A DNA stretch of 64,000 bases from Clostridia bacterium (GTDB taxonomy: Bacteria > Bacillota > Clostridia > Christensenellales > Aristaeellaceae), in the NCBI GenBank assembly GCA_017395685.1, contig JAFQOD010000073.1, forward strand, positions 5,341 through 69,340, in the 5' to 3' direction. How positions within the stretch are numbered: position 1 is the first letter of the stretch; each line of letters opens with the position of its first letter. A program made the translations under genes and the position numbers. The notes below the pieces were generated by a model. It did not search any database. It saw nothing but the letters and a program-made list of their open reading frames with translations, and was not told the origin of the DNA. Positions 30,204-38,715 of this stretch are shown here, one piece after another.

Positions 30204-31139
30204 ATGGAGCCGGTGATTGGTACTGTGAATACCCGGAAACCCAAATCAAAATCCCTCCTCAGACGGGTGTGGGATTATCGCGTCATTTATTTGATGCTGC
30301 TGCCTACGGTGGCCTATTTCATTCTGTTCAAGTGCAGGGCGGTAGCCGGAATGACGCTGGCATTCTATGATTACAAGCCCCGCGGCTCCAATGTGTGGGT
30401 GGGCCTGAAATACTTCCAGCAGCTTTTTTCTTCCCCCACCTTTGGAACGATCATTCTCAATACCATCAAGATTAGCCTGCTGCGCATGATCCTCAACTGG
30501 ATTTTCCCTGTGATGTTTGCCATCATGCAGCATCAGGTGCGCAAGGGCCCCTTCCGCAAGAGCGTGCAGGTAATTTCTTACCTGCCCCACTTCCTCAGCT
30601 GGATTGTTATCTTCGGTATCTGGCGGGGCGCACTGGAATACGGCGGGCTGCTCAACAATATCTATGATCTGTTCGGCGTGGAATACAAGAATCTTCTGCT
30701 GCGCAGCGATACCATTGTGGGTGTAATCGGCCTGAGCTCCCTGTGGCGGGGCATCGGCTGGGATTCCATCATCTATCTGGCCGCCATTCTGGCCATTGAT
30801 ACCACCCAGTTTGACGCCGCTACTGTGGACGGCGCATCCAGGCTGCAGGTGATCCGTCATATCATCCTGCCCTCTCTGGTGCCCACCATGGCTACCATCC
30901 TCATTCTCAACTGCGGCTCCATTCTGGATGCGGGCGTGGATCAGATCCTGGCCTTCCAGAATTCCGCTGTGCAGAATTACATCGAAGTACTGGATACCTA
31001 TGTATATCGCGTCGGCGTGGTGCAGGGCAACTATTCCTTCTCCACGGCGGCCGGCCTGTTCAAGAGTGTTGTGGGCCTGATCTTTGTTACCGCTGCCCGC
31101 TGGGGATCCGGCAAGCTGGATAGCGGCAGCGCCGTTTGA
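30204..31139 (+). CDS. sugar ABC transporter permease (LplB/YtcP-like)
   Basis: BPD_transp_1 with about 6 TM helices, LplB-like. Alternative GTG start at 30213 has better spacing to the AAGGAG RBS. Confidence 0.8.
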   Translation: MEPVIGTVNTRKPKSKSLLRRVWDYRVIYLMLLPTVAYFILFKCRAVAGMTLAFYDYKPRGSNVWVGLKYFQQLFSSPTFGTIILNTIKISLLRMILNWIFPVMFAIMQHQVRKGPFRKSVQVISYLPHFLSWIVIFGIWRGALEYGGLLNNIYDLFGVEYKNLLLRSDTIVGVIGLSSLWRGIGWDSIIYLAAILAIDTTQFDAATVDGASRLQVIRHIILPSLVPTMATILILNCGSILDAGVDQILAFQNSAVQNYIEVLDTYVYRVGVVQGNYSFSTAAGLFKSVVGLIFVTAARWGSGKLDSGSAV

Positions 31140-31154
31140 TAGGAGGGAAGAAGT

Positions 31155-32075
31155 ATGGAAAAGAATGCTGTATCCAAACGTATTCCCCGCAGGAGCAGGC
31201 TGAACAGGCTTAGCTTCGGCATGATAATGGTTCATGTGTTCATGGTGTTTCTCTCGCTGGTGATTATGGTGCCCATCCTGAATCTGGTGGCCAAATCCTT
31301 CAGCTCGCCCCAGTCCGTGGCCCATATGAGCGGCTTTGCCATCTGGCCCAAGGAATTTTCCTTCGTGCATTATCAGGTGGTGCTTTCCTCCTCCAGTATC
31401 TGGACGGCGCTGAAAAACTCCCTGATCATTACCGTCGGCGGCACCGGGCTGAGCGTGCTGCTCACCTGCGCTTCCGCCTATGCCCTCACCCGCCCCGGTT
31501 TGCCGGGTAAAAAGCTGCTGATGTTCTTCTTCATTGCCATGATGGTGCTTTCCGCCCCCATCGTGCAGTGGTACATGGTCATGAAGGATTACAGGCTGCT
31601 CAATAACCGGTGGAGCATGATTCTCTACGGCTGCGTGGGCGTTTACAACATGATTCTGCTGATGCGCTTCTTTGAAGATACCCCGCCCTCCATTCTGGAG
31701 GCCGCCCGTGTGGACGGCGCCGGGGACTGGACGCTGCTGTTCCGGATTTTCCTGCCCCTGAACAAGGTGCCCATCATCACCATCATGCTGTTCTATGTGG
31801 TGCCCAAGTGGAATGAATATTTCGCTTCCGGCGTATTCCTTACAGAGCAGAATATGCGGGTGCTGCAGGTCTATCTGAGAGAATTCGTGGTCAACAACAG
31901 CACGGCGGAAATGGGCAATGACAACCTTTCCCAGTATGCCATGTTCCGCGATCTGAATTTGACCGCCCTGCAGAATGCCACCATTTTCATCTCCATCGTG
32001 CCCCTTCTGTGCCTGTATCCCACCATCCTCAAATACTTCACTTCCGGCGTGCTGGCCGGCGGCGTGAAGGAATAA
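31155..32075 (+). CDS. carbohydrate ABC transporter permease (LplC/YteP-like)
   Basis: RBS GGAGGGA; 6 TM helices; EAA-like loop EAARVDGAGDWTLLFRIFLP. Confidence 0.85.
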   Translation: MEKNAVSKRIPRRSRLNRLSFGMIMVHVFMVFLSLVIMVPILNLVAKSFSSPQSVAHMSGFAIWPKEFSFVHYQVVLSSSSIWTALKNSLIITVGGTGLSVLLTCASAYALTRPGLPGKKLLMFFFIAMMVLSAPIVQWYMVMKDYRLLNNRWSMILYGCVGVYNMILLMRFFEDTPPSILEAARVDGAGDWTLLFRIFLPLNKVPIITIMLFYVVPKWNEYFASGVFLTEQNMRVLQVYLREFVVNNSTAEMGNDNLSQYAMFRDLNLTALQNATIFISIVPLLCLYPTILKYFTSGVLAGGVKE

Positions 32076-32196
32076 TTCCATTCATGTTCAGTCCCGCGTG
32101 ACGGCGGGGATCAGGGTATTTTCCGCGTGCCCTGCCTCTCGCTGCACAGGATGCGGTTTCATTCAGCGGAAGAATAATTGAACAGGAGGTTACCCC

Positions 32197-33654
32197 ATGA
32201 AGAAACTTTTGGCTATCCTGATGGTTCTCACTCTGGCGCTGGGCCTTGTTGGCACCGCTGCCGCCGATGAAGTGGTCACCCTGAAGATCCTGGCCCGTAC
32301 CAGCGATCTGACCGCCAATCAGCCCGGTATCGATGCGCTGAATGAAAAGCTGGAAAAGGCTATCGGCGTGCGTCTGGAATGGCACAACCAGGCTTCCTCC
32401 GGCTATCCGGATTTCGTTAACAACATGCTGCAGACCTGGGAACCCGAAGATGTGTATGATCTGATTTATGTGCAGAGCACTTCCATCAATCCCATGTATC
32501 TGGGCAAGGATCTGGAAACCCTGGTGGATATGACCGAACTGGTTGAAAATTCCACCTATCTGAAGCCCGCCATGGAAAAGGATGCCATCTTTGCTGCGCA
32601 GTTCGCTGCCTGCCCCTACCTGCTGTGGCCCTCTGATGTGAATCAGGTGCTGCAGTTCCGTACCGACGCTCTGGAAGCCTGCCCCTCCTGGGAAGCTTTC
32701 CAGCAGAAGCCTGATCAGGCTGCCTACACCCAGCTGCTCAAGGAACTGAAGGCCCAGGGTTATGAAGCTGCTTTCACCACCCAGGCTTCCATCGATTACC
32801 TGGTCAAGACCGGCGTTGATTCCGGCTTCGGCATCACCAACACCTGGCTGAAGAATGAAGACGGCTCCTACACCTACTGCCGCGTCAGCGAAAACTTCCT
32901 CAAGGAACTGCAGTGGTATCGTCAGCTGTATGTGGATGGCGTTCTGTCCAAGAACTGGGCCACTGACAACTGGGAATCCATGGAAAACTCCCTGTACACC
33001 GGCGTTGTGGCTGGTATCGCCATGAAGGGCGGCGCCTACACCGTGTACTATGATAACAACACTGTCACCAACTACGGCGAAGGCGCTCACCTGACCATCC
33101 TGCCTCCCATGGTTGGCGAAAACGGCGAACAGTGCTATGCCATCACCTCCCAGAAGTTTGACCGCGGCTGGTGCATTTCCTCCTCTTCCGCCAATGTGGA
33201 AAAGGCTTTCGAAGTGCTGGATTGGATGATGAGCGATGAAGGCCGTATGTTCGATCTGTTCGGCGTAGAAGGCACCGACTACACCGTCAATGAAGACGGC
33301 ACCCTGAACCTGCTGTGCTCCTCCGACGCCACCAGCATCTACCGCATCTTTGACGCTGACGTGTTCGGCGATATCGATGTGCGCAAGGTTGCCACCACCG
33401 GCGCCAAGTATTGGCCCGATGCTTCCTTCGCTTCTGCTGAAATGGTTGCCAAGTACGGCAAGGCCGATAACGATTTCGTGATCCCCGATGAACACGTAAT
33501 CAACTGGACTGCCTGCGAATCCCTGTGGAAGGAATTTGCCACCCAGTACATCCTGGGCGAAAAGACCGATGCCGATTGGGCCACCTTCGTGGAAACCTGG
33601 CATAACTACGGCGGCGAAGCTGTGGAAGAATACGCTGCTGAAGTGATCGAATAA
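32197..33654 (+). CDS. extracellular solute-binding protein (LplA-like sugar ABC substrate-binding protein)
   Basis: Signal peptide MKKLLAILMVLTLALGLVGTAAA; 485 aa SBP_bac_1-like. Confidence 0.85.
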   Translation: MKKLLAILMVLTLALGLVGTAAADEVVTLKILARTSDLTANQPGIDALNEKLEKAIGVRLEWHNQASSGYPDFVNNMLQTWEPEDVYDLIYVQSTSINPMYLGKDLETLVDMTELVENSTYLKPAMEKDAIFAAQFAACPYLLWPSDVNQVLQFRTDALEACPSWEAFQQKPDQAAYTQLLKELKAQGYEAAFTTQASIDYLVKTGVDSGFGITNTWLKNEDGSYTYCRVSENFLKELQWYRQLYVDGVLSKNWATDNWESMENSLYTGVVAGIAMKGGAYTVYYDNNTVTNYGEGAHLTILPPMVGENGEQCYAITSQKFDRGWCISSSSANVEKAFEVLDWMMSDEGRMFDLFGVEGTDYTVNEDGTLNLLCSSDATSIYRIFDADVFGDIDVRKVATTGAKYWPDASFASAEMVAKYGKADNDFVIPDEHVINWTACESLWKEFATQYILGEKTDADWATFVETWHNYGGEAVEEYAAEVIE

Positions 33655-33690
33655 TTCCCAATCGCAAATTGATGTAAAACCATGCTTCCT

Positions 33691-33728
33691 GTTCCGGAGC
33701 GGGGGCTCCCCGCTCCGGAACTTTTCTT
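33691..33728 (+). terminator. rho-independent terminator after transporter genes
   Basis: GTTCCGGAGCGGGGGCTCCCCGCTCCGGAAC followed by TTTTCTT. Confidence 0.7.
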
Positions 33729-33738
33729 AACAGCCTGT

Positions 33739-33760
33739 GGAAAAGCATCCCTGCTTTTCC
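33739..33760. promoter_or_regulatory. perfect 9-4-9 inverted repeat (candidate operator or 5'-UTR hairpin) upstream of the HAD-ARH operon
   Basis: GGAAAAGCA-TCCC-TGCTTTTCC, 29 nt upstream of the ATG at 33789. Confidence 0.35.
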
Positions 33761-33788
33761 CATCCCTTTCTTTTGCAGAGGTGGCGTA

Positions 33789-34565
33789 ATGAAGCCAACC
33801 GATTTTTCATCCGTCCGGCTGATTGCCATGGATCTGGATGGAACGCTTCTGAACAAGGAAAAGACCATTTCTCCCCGTACCCTTCAGGCATTGGAAGAAT
33901 GCCGGAGGAGGGGGATCAAACTGGCCTTTGTGACGGGCCGCAGCCGGAAGGCGGCCCGGCAGTATGAGGAAATGCTCCGGCCGGAGGGCGCTGTGTTTTC
34001 CTATGGTGCTCAAATCATGCTCCAGGGCGAAACCATCGCCAGGCGGCATATGTCTCCCCAGGTGGCCGGCAGGGTGCTGGCGGGGGCAAAGGCGGCCGCC
34101 AAGATACGCTATCAATTAAAAGACGGCCCTTATTTTTCTTCTGTGCCCATGGAGGGATGCCTTCCCATGGAGGAGGATGCCCCTCTATTGCAGCCCGTTG
34201 AGCATATTGCCCTGTGGGATTTTCCGGAAAATGCGGCCCGTACCCTGGCAAAAAAATGCGGCTGCGCTCTCACCCAGGCGGTGGGGGACCGGTGGTGCAA
34301 TTTTTCCGCCAGGGGAACTGGAAAGGGCCCTGGTATGGGGCGATTGATGAATGCCCTGGGCCTTGAAAAGGGCCAGGCGCTGGCATTCGGGGATGAAAGC
34401 TGCGATGTGGAATTTTTCCGCATCTGCGGCATTGGCGTCGCCATGGAAAACGGTGATGCTTTCACCCGTGCTCATGCCGATTATCAGACCGAGAATAATG
34501 ATTGCGACGGTATAGCGATATTCCTGGAAAAATATCTGCTTTCCATGCCATCCAATATGTTATAA
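33789..34565 (+). CDS. HAD-IIB Cof-type sugar phosphatase
   Basis: Motif I IAMDLDGTLL, motif II VTGR, and C-terminal GDESCDVEFFRICGIGVAMENG (motifs III/IV). Confidence 0.8.
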   Translation: MKPTDFSSVRLIAMDLDGTLLNKEKTISPRTLQALEECRRRGIKLAFVTGRSRKAARQYEEMLRPEGAVFSYGAQIMLQGETIARRHMSPQVAGRVLAGAKAAAKIRYQLKDGPYFSSVPMEGCLPMEEDAPLLQPVEHIALWDFPENAARTLAKKCGCALTQAVGDRWCNFSARGTGKGPGMGRLMNALGLEKGQALAFGDESCDVEFFRICGIGVAMENGDAFTRAHADYQTENNDCDGIAIFLEKYLLSMPSNML

Positions 34566-34603
34566 AATTCAAAACGATATACAATGAATGGAGGTAAACC
34601 CAT

Positions 34604-35593
34604 ATGATTACCCGAGAAGATCTGCGCGCCAATCCTGAACTGCTTGCCGATAAGACCCGGGGCGCCCTGTGCGGCCTTGCCATCGGCGATTCCTTCGGCG
34701 ATGCTGCCCGCAAGCCTGATTATCAGCGGGATTACGGCATTACCACCGATTTCCACCGGGGCGACGCCTGGTCCACCGATGATACGGAATTTGCCCTGCT
34801 GGTAGCGGAAACCATCATTCAGGCCGGCGGCGATTTCACCTCTGAAGATGTGGAAAAAATGTGGAAAAAGCACGTTGTGGTGCAGGATGAACTGCGCCGT
34901 GGCGGCGTGAGCGAAATGGATGCGGCTGCCAATCTGCGCAAGGGCCTGCATGCCCCTATTTCCGGCATGTTCGGCACCCATAACCACAGTGACGGCGCTG
35001 CCATGCGCTGCGGCCCCATCGGCATTTATTGCGCCGGTGATGTGGAAAAGGCCAAGGAACTGTGCCGCATTGACGCTGAAATCAGCCATTGCCGGGACGG
35101 CGTCTGGGGCGCCCAGATGGTAGCGGTTGCCGTGGCCCTGGCCATGGTGGACGCCCCCTGGGAAGTGATCTTTGAGGAAGTGCTCAAGTGCGCCCCCGAA
35201 GAGTCCTGGCTGTATGACCGGATGAAGGCCGCCTATAAAGTGGTGGAAGAAAACAATTATGACGTGGCCGATACCTGGATGAAGCTGCATGATCTTTTGT
35301 TCTGCTCCTATCGTGCCGCCACCCCCGAGGCCATGCCCGAAGCCTTCGGCTGCCTGATGCTCAAGCATGATACCTTCAAATCCGGCGTGCTGCTGGCCTC
35401 CAATTTCGGCCGGGATGCAGATACCATCGGCGCGGTGGTGGGCTGCATTCTGGGCGCCCGTTACGGCGCCAAGGCCATTCCGCCCTACTGGCTGGAGCAT
35501 ACCCGCTATCCCTCCGGCACCTGCCTGCAGTTCACCAAGGGTGTGGATCTGTTCGAAAAGGCGGAGCGGCTGGCTGAATTGATCGCCAAATAA
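34604..35593 (+). CDS. ADP-ribosylglycohydrolase (ARH) family protein
   Basis: ARH fold motifs: GALCGLAIGDSFGDA, the STDDTEF Asp pair, and C-terminal GRDADTIGAVVGCILGARYG (second metal site). Confidence 0.8.
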   Translation: MITREDLRANPELLADKTRGALCGLAIGDSFGDAARKPDYQRDYGITTDFHRGDAWSTDDTEFALLVAETIIQAGGDFTSEDVEKMWKKHVVVQDELRRGGVSEMDAAANLRKGLHAPISGMFGTHNHSDGAAMRCGPIGIYCAGDVEKAKELCRIDAEISHCRDGVWGAQMVAVAVALAMVDAPWEVIFEEVLKCAPEESWLYDRMKAAYKVVEENNYDVADTWMKLHDLLFCSYRAATPEAMPEAFGCLMLKHDTFKSGVLLASNFGRDADTIGAVVGCILGARYGAKAIPPYWLEHTRYPSGTCLQFTKGVDLFEKAERLAELIAK

Positions 35594-36495
35594 TGAAATT
35601 AACCTTTCTGGGCACGGCAGCAGCGGAAATGTATCCAGCTCCCTTCTGCCAGTGCCCTCATTGCACTCAGGCCCGGAAAGAGGGCGGCAAAAACATCCGC
35701 GCCAACAGCGCCGCCCTGATCGATGATGATATTCTGCTGGATATGAATGTGACCAGTCACTATGTGGCGGCCCGGCTGGGGATTTCCCTGGCCGGGGTGC
35801 GCCATCTGCTGGTCACCCATCCCCACACCGATCATTTTGAGCCCGATCGCCTGCGCTGGCGCAGAACCACCGCCAAAGGCGTGCCCCCCTTTGATCCGGC
35901 CGCCGGCCTCTGGTCCGCCCGATTTACGGAAACACCGGAAATGACCATTCACGGCAATGCCTATGTCCGGGAGCGGCTGGATGGGGTGATCCTTCCTGAG
36001 GTAAAGGCCACGGCGGAATACGATTTCCATTTCGAACTGATCGAAGAAGGAAAATGGCAGGATTGCGGAGATTTTGCATTCCTGCCCCTGCGCTCCAATC
36101 ACGGAAAGCAGGAAGGCATGGCCCATACCTACCTGATCCGCAGGGGAGGGAAAACCCTCTTTTACTGCACGGACTGCGGCGGCTTTGATCCGGATCAGCT
36201 GGATATCCTGGCCCGGCAGAAGATCGATCTGGTGGTGATGGAGGGCACCTTCGGCCTGGGCGCATATGCCAATGAGGATGCGCCCCTGCCCACCGGAAAA
36301 GGGCATATGAATCTGAAAAAGAATGAGGTGCTGCGGGCCTTCCTGCTGGATCATGGCTGCATCACCCCGGATACCCCCTGCATTCTTACCCATCTGTGTC
36401 CCCATTATACGCCGCCCCATGCGCAATTTGAAAAGATTGCCCGTCAATCAGGGTTCGGGGTTGCCTATGACGGCCTGGAAATCATGATTGAATAA
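35593..36495 (+). CDS. MBL-fold metallo-hydrolase, PhnP-like (CxCxxC structural zinc motif)
   Basis: N-terminal LTFLGTAAAEMYPAPFCQCPHC (CxCxxC as in PhnP cyclic-phosphate phosphodiesterases); HxHxDH as VTHPHTDHF. Confidence 0.65.
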   Translation: MKLTFLGTAAAEMYPAPFCQCPHCTQARKEGGKNIRANSAALIDDDILLDMNVTSHYVAARLGISLAGVRHLLVTHPHTDHFEPDRLRWRRTTAKGVPPFDPAAGLWSARFTETPEMTIHGNAYVRERLDGVILPEVKATAEYDFHFELIEEGKWQDCGDFAFLPLRSNHGKQEGMAHTYLIRRGGKTLFYCTDCGGFDPDQLDILARQKIDLVVMEGTFGLGAYANEDAPLPTGKGHMNLKKNEVLRAFLLDHGCITPDTPCILTHLCPHYTPPHAQFEKIARQSGFGVAYDGLEIMIE

Positions 36496-36515
36496 GTATA
36501 CGGAGGAAGTACAGT

Positions 36516-38651
36516 ATGTCGAAGATACCATCCGGCTATATGGAACGGGTTTATGCCGGCTGGCTGGGAAAAATCATCGGCGTTCGGCTGGGCGCAGCCA
36601 TTGAGGCCTGGGATTTTGAATGCATCCGGCAAAGCTTCGGAGAATTGAATGATTATCCCGCATGGTATAAGCATTTTGCCGCCGATGATGATACCACCGG
36701 CCCATTGTATCTCTTCCGTGCCCTGGAGGAAAAAAAGGGGGATACCCTGACCTCCCAGGATGTGGCGGACGCATTTCTCAATTACTGTGCAGACGGCCAC
36801 GGCTTTATCTGGTGGGGCGGCTACGGCACATCCACTATGCATAATGCCTATGTCAATCTGCGCTCCGGTATGAAGCCCCCGCAGAGCGGCGCCAGGGAAA
36901 CCAATGGCCCGGTGCTGTCGGAAATGATTGCCGGGCAGATCTTTGTGGATCCCTGGGGCCTGGTCGCCCCGGCCAATCCCTCCCTTGCGGCGGAGATGGC
37001 AGAAAAGGCGGCCCGCGTCACCCATGACGGCAATTCTGTTCAGGGGGCCCGGTTTGTGGCGGCGGCCATTTCAGCGGCATTTGCGGCTGAAAATATCCGG
37101 GAGATCATCGAAACGGCCCTTGCCCTGATCGATCCTTCCTGTGATTATGCCCGGGTGGCCCGGTTCGTGATGGATTATTATGATCAACATCCGGATTGCA
37201 CCTGGCAGGATTGTTTCCTTCAGGTGAAGGAGCATTACGGATATGATAAGTATCCCGGGGCCACGCCGGTGGTGCCCAATGCCGGGGTGATGGTGCTTTC
37301 CATGCTCTATGGCGGCGGAGATTTCGAAAAAACGCTGCTTATCTGCGCCAACTGCGGCTGGGATACCGATTGCAATGCAGGCAATATCGGCACCATCATG
37401 GGCGTGCTCTGCGGCCTGGATCAGATGGATTATCAGAAATGGCGCAAGCCCGTCAATGATCTTCTGATCCGTTCCGGCGTGCTGGGCGATATGAACAATA
37501 CCGATATTCCCTACGGCGCCTGCTATATTGCAAGGCTGGCCTACCAGCTGGCAGGGGAGGAAATCCCCGAAAAATGGAAGGATATTCTGCTGAACCGCAG
37601 CCATGAATGCCATTTCGAATTCCCGGGCAGCACCCATGCCCTGGAAGTGCGCACCGATGGCCGGGATAATACCTTCCAGATGATCAATACCGATGAAGAT
37701 GCCTATTCAGGCGACCGATGCATGAAATTTTTCGGCACCCGTCTTCTGGGCGGTCAGGAACTGTATCTGCATCGCAGAACCTATTACTGGAAAGATGATT
37801 TTTCCGATTCCCGGTATGATCCCTGCTTTGCCCCCATTTTCTATCCGGGGCAAACGGTGGAAGCGGCGGTGAAGCTGCCCCCCTACAGCGATCCCTTCTA
37901 TGCCTGGGCTTATGCCCGGGATGGGCGCACGGGAAAGATCTATGCCGGGGAAAAAACGCTGATGACCCGGGAAAAATGGCAGGTGCTGAAGGTGACGGTG
38001 CCCCCCGGGGACGGCGTCATCATAGATGAAGCCGGGATCTGCATGCAGGTTCCCTTTGAAAAGACGGGCCGGCGGGGCGGATTCCAGGTGCAATTGTTCA
38101 TTGACGATCTCAGGTTCACAGGGGCAGCGGATTATACCCTGGATCTGACCCGGGAAACCAAAGAGGTGTGGAGCGCACGCCACCAGGATATCACCCAGGT
38201 GACAAGGCTGAAGCACTGCGGCGAAATCGTGCCCCATGGGATGCTGATGGCCTGCCAGGAGGAGGCCGAATGGTATACCGGCTGCCATAGCTGGCGGGAT
38301 CTGGATGCATCCTATACCCTGATTCCCCAGGAAGGAAGGGCGCATTTTGCGCTGTTCAGGGTGCAGGGCGCCATGCGCAGCTATGGGGCTGGCTTCCTGG
38401 ACGGGCAGTTTGTCATCCGCAAGAATGATTATGGATGGCGCACCCTGGCCGCCGTTCCCTGCGATCCTCCCCTGGGGGATACGGTGACCATATCCGTCAG
38501 CGTCCGGGGCAATCAGATTGAAGCCCGGTGCGGCGGCACTATCCTGCGCATTACGGATGAGGATCATCCCTTAATGGAGGGCGCCGTGGGCGCAGGGGTG
38601 GAAAAGGGCGCTGCAGTATTGGAGCGCATCCGCATCAGATGCGTGAACTGA
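36516..38651 (+). CDS. ADP-ribosylglycohydrolase-family domain fused to about 380-aa uncharacterized C-terminal domain
   Basis: N-terminal about 330 aa ARH domain (GWLGKIIGVRLGAAIE, FAADDDTTGP, CGWDTDCNAGNIGTIMGV); the C-terminal half has no recognisable family. Confidence 0.75.
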   Translation: MSKIPSGYMERVYAGWLGKIIGVRLGAAIEAWDFECIRQSFGELNDYPAWYKHFAADDDTTGPLYLFRALEEKKGDTLTSQDVADAFLNYCADGHGFIWWGGYGTSTMHNAYVNLRSGMKPPQSGARETNGPVLSEMIAGQIFVDPWGLVAPANPSLAAEMAEKAARVTHDGNSVQGARFVAAAISAAFAAENIREIIETALALIDPSCDYARVARFVMDYYDQHPDCTWQDCFLQVKEHYGYDKYPGATPVVPNAGVMVLSMLYGGGDFEKTLLICANCGWDTDCNAGNIGTIMGVLCGLDQMDYQKWRKPVNDLLIRSGVLGDMNNTDIPYGACYIARLAYQLAGEEIPEKWKDILLNRSHECHFEFPGSTHALEVRTDGRDNTFQMINTDEDAYSGDRCMKFFGTRLLGGQELYLHRRTYYWKDDFSDSRYDPCFAPIFYPGQTVEAAVKLPPYSDPFYAWAYARDGRTGKIYAGEKTLMTREKWQVLKVTVPPGDGVIIDEAGICMQVPFEKTGRRGGFQVQLFIDDLRFTGAADYTLDLTRETKEVWSARHQDITQVTRLKHCGEIVPHGMLMACQEEAEWYTGCHSWRDLDASYTLIPQEGRAHFALFRVQGAMRSYGAGFLDGQFVIRKNDYGWRTLAAVPCDPPLGDTVTISVSVRGNQIEARCGGTILRITDEDHPLMEGAVGAGVEKGAAVLERIRIRCVN

Positions 38652-38715
38652 ACGGGAATTCCCTGCCGCCTGCGGGCGGCCAGGCCATAAACAGAGATAA
38701 AATACATAGGTTGAG

